Part shown: one piece after another, positions 56,682 to 64,000 of the stretch | How the letters are laid out: each line of letters opens with the position of its first letter | Numbering within the stretch: position 1 is the first letter of the stretch | Source of the DNA: a virus | IMG/VR virus record: IMGVR_UViG_3300045136_000892 | Strand: one strand, 5' to 3' | DNA: 64,000 nt | Notes under the pieces: generated by a model | The model's input: only the letters and a program-made list of their open reading frames with translations | What the model was told of the DNA's origin: nothing | Databases searched by the model: none | Made by a program: the position numbers and the translations under genes

Positions 56682-59525
56682 TTAGCTTTCCGTCCGCACG
56701 CAATCCCCTGTCACGAACTCCCCCGCGTCCTTTACGCACGGAGGAAGCCCCGGCCCGACGATGGGCTTCATTGAAGCCTCGCGGTCGGCCAGCTCGCCGT
56801 TCAGCTTCAGCAGGAATGCCAGCGGATCGTCCTTCGCCCTCATGCCGTAGGCGGCACGCACGGCAGCGTCCAGCGCGTCCTGGGCATCCCGCAGCGGGTT
56901 CTTGCCCGGCGTCTCCAGCGTGCGGTACAGCTCACGCAGGCTCCAGTTATTCTCGGCCATGACCTTGCGGCGCAACTGCCGCAGGGCAACGGCGGCCTCG
57001 GCCACATTCTTCGCCTGCGGCAGCGTCGGCTTCTGCGGCCAAGGGAAGGTGTCGAACACCGTGTCGCTCGTGTAACGGAAGTCGCCCTTGAGCGTGGAGC
57101 AGCGGGCGACGAACCACGCCCAGTGGATGCCCGATTGCAGGATGCCGAACGAGTAGTCGTCGGGGAGGGTGAAGAGCTGCAAAGCGTCGTTCGGATGGAT
57201 GTCTGAAGCGATGAACTCGAAGATGGGGCGCTTCGTCACGCGGGCGCAGGCGATGTAGCGGGGTAGCCCGGCCAGGCGTTCCAGCATCTCCGGGCGTCCA
57301 CGCCAATATTTCCACCAGCGTTGGTAGTGGCTCTGGCGCGGCCCGTTGGGCTTGCCCGTCTCCTCCCGTTCCTTGTCGGCGTTCGCCTTCATCGTCGGCA
57401 GGACATGCGTTTCCACATGCCGGAAGGCCAGCCCATGCCGCTTCGCCGCCAGAATGTCGGGGCAGTGGTTCAGGTCAATGGCGTAGCGTGAGGGCTCCCC
57501 CGTGGATAGAAGGTCATCCCCGGTGAGATAGGGATGAACGACCGGCTTTGCTGCCGCGTCCTTCATCATTTCCTGGGCCTCTGCCGGACTCAACAGGAAT
57601 CCCTCGTGACCGTGCGTCTGCCCCTGGTAGCAGGCCCCGGAGTCCATGTTCGCCCGCAGGCGCTGCGCCCCCGTCACGTCAAATCCAGCCGAGAGGGCTG
57701 GGCCAATCTCATCTACCTCCACAGCCTCCCATGGGCTATGCCGATCATCCCCGAGCTGGGTGAACAGCTTTTTCTTGCCCGGGGCATCGCCCTTAACCCA
57801 GTTGGCGATTGAGACGTGCACCACCGCGTCTCCTGACCAGACCTGGGATGAGACCGCCTCAGTGATCGTGCCGCCGTTGCCGACGATGTAATCCAGGCCG
57901 CCCTCCCGGCTGTAGTTCTGGCGGATGGTATTCGTGCCGACCAGCCCGGCATGGCCCCCGGCTGGCAGCTCGTCGTGGGCCTTGCGGAACCAGTACACGC
58001 AGTAATCCGCACGCCCCGGCACATCCGGGTAGGCCTCCCGCAGCCGGTTCAGGTAGGCCGGGCCGTATTCCTGCTGCATCTTGTTCTTGGACTGGAAGGG
58101 CGGGTTGCCCACGATGGCGTCCGCCTCGGGCCACTCGCAGAACAGGGCGTCGTCGGCTTTGATGTTGTCGTCCAGGTTGTCCAGAGGCAGGGCCGCGTCG
58201 AACTCGATGGGCAGGTCCAACTGCTCCGCGTCGATCCACGCATGGCTCTCGTCGATCGCCAGTTCCTTGGCGATCATCAGCGTGACCTTCGCCAGCTCCA
58301 CGGCGAACTCTTCCTTGTCGATGCCGAAGAACTGCTTGGTACTGACCAGGGAGCGTGTGCCAACGGCGGCTTGCGCCCGCCTGCCGAACTCGGCATGGAT
58401 CTTTGCCATGAGGCTGAGTTCCAGCCGTTTCAGCTCCCGGAAGGCGACATAGAGGAAATTCCCACTGCCGCAGGCTGGGTCGAGGACCCGGAAGCCCCGC
58501 AGTTCTTCCAGCAGGGCGCGGAGGTCCTTTAGCGTCTTGGCCCCCTCGATACGCTCACGCCAGGGGCGGACGATGGTCGGCAGCACGACCTTCTGGATGT
58601 CCGCCTCGGAGGTGAAATGCGCCCCGTAGGCATGTCGCCGCTCCTTGCCCATGCTGCTCTGGAAGAGCGTGCCGAAGATGGGCGGCTGAACCTTGCTCCA
58701 GTTCTCCTCGGCGGCCTTCAGCAGCAGGTCGATCTCCTCCGGCACCAGCTCCAGCGGGTTGACCGTCTGGAAGATGCCGCCGTTGAAATAGCGCACGCCC
58801 TTGAAGCGCCCGCCCTTGGCCGGGGCCTGCGCGTTCATCTGCCGAAACAGCCCGCCGATTAGGTCGTAGGTGCTTTCGCCCCGCTTGCAATCATCCAGCA
58901 ACTCGCTGAACAGCCCGCGCGGCAGCAGTTCCGCATCCTCGGAGAACATCGCCACCACGCATTGCAGGGCGAACCGCTGGGCCTGCTCCCGGTCCTCGCC
59001 CCGCGCCACCAGCGAGTTGAACACACCCGCCACGTTCGCAGCCGCTGCCCGCGTGACGTCCACGCGGTTGTTGCCGAACTGCGGCTTCTTCTCGACGGGG
59101 AAGAGGAAGTTGAAGGCCGTGTACCGATGGGGCAACTCTTCGAGGGCCACCGTGTCCACAGGATCGTTGAGCTGGGAGTCGAAGTCGTAGATCCAGAATT
59201 CGTCGAAGTTGCAGAGCACCACATACTTGGGGCGCTGGGGGACGAGCTGGAGCCAGTATTCAAACGCCTGGGTATAGTGCTTCTGGAGCTTCTCGCCCCG
59301 TTTCTTCATCTCCATGAGCAGGCGGGGCCGCCAGAGGAGGTCGGCGAACTTCGTGCTCTTGGCTCCCTTCACCCGGAATTCCAGCGTGGCTCCGGCTTCC
59401 TTGTAGCCGCCATGCCCGAACGCCTTGAACAGGCGGTCGCAGAAGACCTGAGCCTCGCCCTTCTCGTCGCCTTTCAGCGTGCGGGCGTAGTCGATAAACT
59501 CGCGGATCGGCTCGGCGGGATTCAT
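56682..59525 (-). CDS. MmeI-like Type IIG/IIL restriction-modification enzyme
   Basis: N-terminal ADLLW..LLMEMK nuclease; GAHFT, LDPACGSGNFL, GNPPF; C-terminal TFPWP, LDAAV..AYG. Confidence 0.9.
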   Translation of the reverse strand: MNPAEPIREFIDYARTLKGDEKGEAQVFCDRLFKAFGHGGYKEAGATLEFRVKGAKSTKFADLLWRPRLLMEMKKRGEKLQKHYTQAFEYWLQLVPQRPKYVVLCNFDEFWIYDFDSQLNDPVDTVALEELPHRYTAFNFLFPVEKKPQFGNNRVDVTRAAAANVAGVFNSLVARGEDREQAQRFALQCVVAMFSEDAELLPRGLFSELLDDCKRGESTYDLIGGLFRQMNAQAPAKGGRFKGVRYFNGGIFQTVNPLELVPEEIDLLLKAAEENWSKVQPPIFGTLFQSSMGKERRHAYGAHFTSEADIQKVVLPTIVRPWRERIEGAKTLKDLRALLEELRGFRVLDPACGSGNFLYVAFRELKRLELSLMAKIHAEFGRRAQAAVGTRSLVSTKQFFGIDKEEFAVELAKVTLMIAKELAIDESHAWIDAEQLDLPIEFDAALPLDNLDDNIKADDALFCEWPEADAIVGNPPFQSKNKMQQEYGPAYLNRLREAYPDVPGRADYCVYWFRKAHDELPAGGHAGLVGTNTIRQNYSREGGLDYIVGNGGTITEAVSSQVWSGDAVVHVSIANWVKGDAPGKKKLFTQLGDDRHSPWEAVEVDEIGPALSAGFDVTGAQRLRANMDSGACYQGQTHGHEGFLLSPAEAQEMMKDAAAKPVVHPYLTGDDLLSTGEPSRYAIDLNHCPDILAAKRHGLAFRHVETHVLPTMKANADKEREETGKPNGPRQSHYQRWWKYWRGRPEMLERLAGLPRYIACARVTKRPIFEFIASDIHPNDALQLFTLPDDYSFGILQSGIHWAWFVARCSTLKGDFRYTSDTVFDTFPWPQKPTLPQAKNVAEAAVALRQLRRKVMAENNWSLRELYRTLETPGKNPLRDAQDALDAAVRAAYGMRAKDDPLAFLLKLNGELADREASMKPIVGPGLPPCVKDAGEFVTGDCVRTES

Positions 59526-59736
59526 TTGCTACCAAGGAGTTATGGCCAGAACAGCTTAGAGGAACGCGGCGGTTTGGCAAGCGATTCTACCGCCCCGCCA
59601 TGCCCTCAACCACCCGCTGGTGAGGCTGGTGCATAATGGCGTGAGAATCACGATGCCGCGTCTCTCCCCTGGTGATTATGCAAGCCTTGTTTTGGAGTCC
59701 GGGCCAGGCGCAGAACGCACTGGAGCTGTAGCCCGG

Positions 59737-60948
59737 TCAGCCCGGCGCGACGGGTGGGGTCCTCGGCGGGGGATTCTGGGTCCGTTGGCTGGCCGGGCTC
59801 GGGCAGAAGTGCTTGAAGTCGCAGGCAACGCAATCCCGCTCCTCGCCGCACGGCTGCCAGTTGTTAGGGATGTTCCCCGAATTGTGCTCCTGCATGGCCG
59901 ATAGCTCGATCTGCTCGACCACCTGGTCGATCTGGGCCACTGCGTTCAGCACCTGGGCATCGGAGACGTCGATGACCCTGATCGCGCGCCGGAGGCGGAA
60001 GCCGATCGATAGTTGAGGAGCTGGCACCCCGGGGCCCGGCTGCCATTGGTGCAGGGCGTAGTAGTCCGCCGAGCCGTTCTGAGGCACCACATCCGTACGG
60101 CCGTGCCTGACCTCCTGCTGCAGCTCTTCCAGGTCGGTGCGTGACGGCCGAAGCTCATTGATGTAGATGAGCAATCCGGCGCCTATAGGCCTCGCCTGCG
60201 GCACCTGGCGGCAGAGCCACGCATACGTCTGGACTTGCCACTCCTCGTGCTCCCAGTGAGACGATGTGGTCGCTCCAGGGACGGGCAGGCGGGGGCGGCG
60301 GGCCGCCTTGTAATCCACGATGAGGTCGTAATCCGGCTCGGACACGGTCGCGATGCTGTTGACCAGTTGCACGAGGGGATTCGTTGGCTGCGTGCTCATG
60401 CCGATGCTCGATATGACGTCGACCACGCCCGACAACTCGTATCGGTCGGCGCCACCCCGGGCCGGGTTCCCTCCGCCAGGCAGCGGTGGCATTGCCCGCG
60501 TGCCAGAGATCCTGTGTTCGGCGGCAGTGATCAGCGGGAAGAGGTGCGGGGCGAGGATATTGATGGCCGCCTCGACTCGCGCGTAGGCCGAATCCCTGGC
60601 AGCCTGGCTCCGCGGCCGTTTCCCGCTGGCGGCCAACCGTGCCTCCACCATATCCCCGAGGACGCCGATGTCGTGAGGGGGCCGCGCCGGCGGCGTGGGC
60701 GGAGGCGGCCAAGGCGTCTGGTTGCAGGGCCAGGGGAAGGGCGTCTGGTACGCCAGCCAGTGCCGGTAAGCCTCCTCCAGAACGCTATGGACGAATTCGC
60801 CCGTCCACATCTGCACGGGACGCGACGGCGGCAGCGAGCTGCCATTGTAGTAACGGTATTGCAGCGCACAGCGCTGAAAGGAAAGGATATCCCCTGTAAG
60901 GCTATAATTCGGGACCTGGAACGGCATCCCGCGCGTGCCCAAAGCCAT
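59737..60948 (-). CDS. PD-(D/E)XK RecB/AddB-like nuclease with Fe-S staple
   Basis: FQRC, GEFVH, GVVDVI, IVDYK, QVQTYAW, CVACDFKHFC. Confidence 0.8.
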   Translation of the reverse strand: MALGTRGMPFQVPNYSLTGDILSFQRCALQYRYYNGSSLPPSRPVQMWTGEFVHSVLEEAYRHWLAYQTPFPWPCNQTPWPPPPTPPARPPHDIGVLGDMVEARLAASGKRPRSQAARDSAYARVEAAINILAPHLFPLITAAEHRISGTRAMPPLPGGGNPARGGADRYELSGVVDVISSIGMSTQPTNPLVQLVNSIATVSEPDYDLIVDYKAARRPRLPVPGATTSSHWEHEEWQVQTYAWLCRQVPQARPIGAGLLIYINELRPSRTDLEELQQEVRHGRTDVVPQNGSADYYALHQWQPGPGVPAPQLSIGFRLRRAIRVIDVSDAQVLNAVAQIDQVVEQIELSAMQEHNSGNIPNNWQPCGEERDCVACDFKHFCPSPASQRTQNPPPRTPPVAPG

Positions 60949-60963
60949 GTTCCGCTCCTCCGG

Positions 60964-63348
60964 TCAGATGAGAGCTACAGTGCCAGCAGGGCAGTTCTGG
61001 CTCCATTGGTTCGCCGGCACGAACGTCAGCCCACGCGAGCCGTCGCTCAGGTTGCCTGCCGAGATGCAGGGTACCGGGCTGACGCGGATCTGCGTGGTGA
61101 GGCCGGCGAGGAGCAGTACGTTCTCGGGTCGGCTGTAGGCGACGAAGTAGAGCCGCCGGATGTCGTCCCAGGCGCGGTCAAGGTCGGACCTCGTGGTCCG
61201 GAGCGCCCCGATCGGACAGTATTGCGCCACGTCCGATTCGACAACGTGAACGCTGTCGCCCTGGTCGGGGCAGCGAGCACGGCGCTGCGTATGGTGGTTC
61301 GTCCTGAAATCACTCCCGACATCGACGATGACCAGCGGAAATTCGAGCCCCTTGGCCTGATGCACCGTCATCAAGGGGAAGTAATTCCTAGGCACATACG
61401 GCATGATCTCTTCGTCGACGTCCACGCTCTCCGTTGCGAAGGACTCGAAAACGGCACGGATAGCCTGCTGCACGGAATTGGCATCGTGCGGCGGATTCCC
61501 GTGCAGGATCTGCGCGCTGTAGGAGGACATCTGGCCGACCTCCGAAATCGTCCTGGCTACGGCCTCCAGATAGACCTGCCCCTCGGGGTTGTCCTGGAAT
61601 TCGGGGAACCATGTGGTGAGCGTGAACATGAGCTCCAGAAGCGGCCATTCCCGGGGCCAGTTCGCCGTGCCGGTGCGTGGCGTGCGGGTCCGCCAGTCCT
61701 GGACGAACTGGCCAAGGCCGCCCGGCGCGGGATTGGTGGCGATGAAGGCTTGAGCCGCCGCACGCCAGGCCATCATCCTCGCGCGGACAGCCTGGCTCAT
61801 CGACGTCGCCGGAATGGCACCGAGGACCGTGGCGTTCGGATCGATGCACTCCAGCCCCAAGCCGAGCAGCCGTTGCACCGCCGGAATGTCGCTGAGCGCC
61901 TGCCCGCGGGGGTTGAACGTGCTGATCCCCCGGGCCTGCAGCGATTGCCGCATCATGAGCGGTAGTCGGTCTCGTGGATTGTTGCCGCCTGTCCTCTCCC
62001 GGACGGAGTGCGCCAGCAGCACGCTATCCCCGAAGTCGCCGCCCGGCGGTGAGGTGATGGTGAACGTCGCGTTGGCGCAGGCGACCTGACGACCCGGACC
62101 CCGGAAAATATCCCAGAGGAATTGGGTCAGGTCGCCGGCCAGCGTCTGGACGTCGGTCCTGAACATGCCGAGGATTGGCACGTTCCTGGTTGGATGCGTG
62201 GCGTGTGGTGCCGAGGCGACGAGCGGGACCTTCCCCGGCGCGCGAGCGGGCAGGAAGCCTGTGTCCATCGTGATGAAGTGCTGGCAGAAATTCACCACGC
62301 GCTGCGTCGAGCGGTAGTTCCTGAACAGGTCGACGCGGTTGGGCGCCCAGGCCGGGCCCAGGGCTTGCACGATCCGACTCTGGAAATTGGCAAAAATCTC
62401 TACCGTGGCCCCACGGAATCGGTAGATGGACTGGTCATCATCGCCGACGACGGTCAGGCTCGCGTTGCTGTGACGACACAGCTCCAGATAGATCTGCTCC
62501 TGGAGGTAATTGGTGTCCTGAAATTCGTCGATCAGCAAGGCGTCCAACCCGTCGACGACGGGGCCAAGTTGGCCAGTCTGCAGTCGCTCAAGCACCAGGT
62601 GCTCCAGCCGCCCAAAATCCGCCAGATAATTCGCGCTCAGGTAGTTGAAGTAGTCGTTGATGGCGTCCACCAGCACCTGACGACCCGAGCCGGCCGCCGC
62701 ATAGGCGGCCATGTCGATGAGGTCGTGTCGCATGCGATCGGCAAAGCCGGCGACCGCCCGCAGCTTGTCAGCCAAGGAATTATTGAAGTTGGACGTCAAC
62801 GACAGGGCGTTCAGCAGGGCGTCTAGCTGGGGATCGCGGAAGCGGCCTTGGGGGAATAGGGCGTGACGCCGCATGATGCTCTTCGCCAGAAACCCCTCGA
62901 TCGTCGCCGGGATGATCTCGCCGGGGGCGCGGCACTCGACAAGGAATTCCTCGGCCAGCGAGTCCAGCGTGCCCGTCCGCAGCGCGTTGACGTCGATATT
63001 CCGGAGCCATGCCTCCCGGGCCACGTCGTGACTCGCCGCCGAATCGGCTACGGCGCGATTCATCACCGCGTAGCCCCACGACAGGGCCCGCGAGCGCAGT
63101 TCGCCCGCCGCTTTCCTCGTAAAGGTCGTGGCGATTATCCGACCCGGGGCAATCTGGTCCACCAGCATCAGCTTGAGCATTCGCAGAACCAGCACGGTCG
63201 TCTTGCCCGCGCCCGGTCCCGCCACAATGAAAGTGGGCGGGGTTGGGGGTGCCTGGACGGCCTGGTCTTGCTCCGCGTTGAGCCAATTCTGCTGGAATCG
63301 CGGGATGACAGCCCGCACGGTCGCTACAAATTCGGGGTAACTGAGCAT
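60964..63348 (-). CDS. UvrD/SF1 helicase
   Basis: AGPGAGKTT, TFTRKAA, IDEFQD, VGDDDQSIYRFRGA, NYRS, TVHQAKGLEF, YVAYSR. Confidence 0.93.
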   Translation of the reverse strand: MLSYPEFVATVRAVIPRFQQNWLNAEQDQAVQAPPTPPTFIVAGPGAGKTTVLVLRMLKLMLVDQIAPGRIIATTFTRKAAGELRSRALSWGYAVMNRAVADSAASHDVAREAWLRNIDVNALRTGTLDSLAEEFLVECRAPGEIIPATIEGFLAKSIMRRHALFPQGRFRDPQLDALLNALSLTSNFNNSLADKLRAVAGFADRMRHDLIDMAAYAAAGSGRQVLVDAINDYFNYLSANYLADFGRLEHLVLERLQTGQLGPVVDGLDALLIDEFQDTNYLQEQIYLELCRHSNASLTVVGDDDQSIYRFRGATVEIFANFQSRIVQALGPAWAPNRVDLFRNYRSTQRVVNFCQHFITMDTGFLPARAPGKVPLVASAPHATHPTRNVPILGMFRTDVQTLAGDLTQFLWDIFRGPGRQVACANATFTITSPPGGDFGDSVLLAHSVRERTGGNNPRDRLPLMMRQSLQARGISTFNPRGQALSDIPAVQRLLGLGLECIDPNATVLGAIPATSMSQAVRARMMAWRAAAQAFIATNPAPGGLGQFVQDWRTRTPRTGTANWPREWPLLELMFTLTTWFPEFQDNPEGQVYLEAVARTISEVGQMSSYSAQILHGNPPHDANSVQQAIRAVFESFATESVDVDEEIMPYVPRNYFPLMTVHQAKGLEFPLVIVDVGSDFRTNHHTQRRARCPDQGDSVHVVESDVAQYCPIGALRTTRSDLDRAWDDIRRLYFVAYSRPENVLLLAGLTTQIRVSPVPCISAGNLSDGSRGLTFVPANQWSQNCPAGTVALI

Positions 63349-63356
63349 CGTGGGCC

Positions 63357-64000
63357 CTAGGGATTCCGGCTGGTAACGCGCTCAAAGAGCCGGAGCGTGT
63401 TGTGCGCTCCGCGCCGCTTGTTGCGATTGATGCCTCGAAAGATCAGGACCTCTATCCCAAGGTCCTTGCAGACTTTGCAGCGGCAGGCCTTCCACGGCCG
63501 CTCCTCCAGCGTCTTCCGGTAGGCGTCGATCAGGCTGTCCCCCAGCAATTCGGCGCGGGAAAGCAGCCTGTCATAGGCGAGCACGGCCGAGAGGGCGGAA
63601 TCGATCGACGTTTCCCCTCGGTCGTATGCACGGAGTTGGCGGAGAGCGCTCTTTTCGAGCCCGCGCAGCTTCGCTTCCGGCACCCCGGACGACTGCAGCC
63701 GCTTCAAGGTGCGGGGGTCGCTGAGCGGTGGTACCCTAATCGCTGCGTACCACCGTCCGTCGACGCCGAGGTAATTCTGGTCGGACCTGAGCCATGCCTT
63801 TCGGAAGTAGGTGGCGCTGTCAAAGCTCCCCACCTCGCACTCCCTGAAGTGGCCCTGAAGTGACGGGCGGAAAACGCCGAGCAAGTGAATCCAGGGCCTG
63901 ATCCTGGTCTTTGATAGCTTGCCATGAACCGCCTTGACGATCTCAAGCACCTCGGCGTCGGACCTCGGCACGAGGCCGCCCAGGGCGATGTGGCGATAGC
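63357..64000 (-). CDS. TGT-family transglycosylase, DpdA-like (5' end outside the window)
   Basis: Frame open to the window edge: YRHIALGGLVP, IHLLG, SFDS, CRCKVC...HN Zn site. Confidence 0.75.
   Translation of the reverse strand, partial: YRHIALGGLVPRSDAEVLEIVKAVHGKLSKTRIRPWIHLLGVFRPSLQGHFRECEVGSFDSATYFRKAWLRSDQNYLGVDGRWYAAIRVPPLSDPRTLKRLQSSGVPEAKLRGLEKSALRQLRAYDRGETSIDSALSAVLAYDRLLSRAELLGDSLIDAYRKTLEERPWKACRCKVCKDLGIEVLIFRGINRNKRRGAHNTLRLFERVTSRNP

Overview
High-GC window with two halves. Positions ~1-39.7 kb are a near-complete contractile-tailed (myovirus-like) phage or prophage. It carries a replication/recombination module (VRR-NUC, SF2 helicase, Cas4-like exonuclease, DUF669 SSB, AAA ATPase, primase-polymerase) with an iteron-flanked AT-rich origin. 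It also carries terminases split by a 3-gene antisense moron, portal, an Acb1-like 2H phosphoesterase fused to the prohead protease/scaffold, capsid, neck, sheath, tube, a frameshifted tail chaperone, tape measure, baseplate, fibres/spike, two free-standing homing endonucleases and lysis genes. No integrase is in the window. Positions ~39.7-64 kb are an accessory region. It holds a beta-carbonic anhydrase, tRNA-Gly, a DarB-like MTase-helicase and an RNA-repair operon (four tandem Y RNA-like ncRNAs, Ro60/TROVE, RtcB, Mesh1-like HD hydrolase, HTH). It also holds a thermonuclease, an IS1595 region rich in structured RNAs (a Leu-type tRNA scaffold with a GTC anticodon; a C4-like antisense RNA ahead of a hydrophobic peptide), an MmeI-like R-M enzyme and a DpdA-like/UvrD/PD-(D/E)XK cluster cut by the window edge. 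The most striking signals are (1) the Y RNA array, whose units are circularly permuted tRNA cloverleaves opened at different points, two keeping anticodon loops, and (2) the Acb1-prohead protease fusion. All family assignments come from motif recognition by eye; no searches were run.
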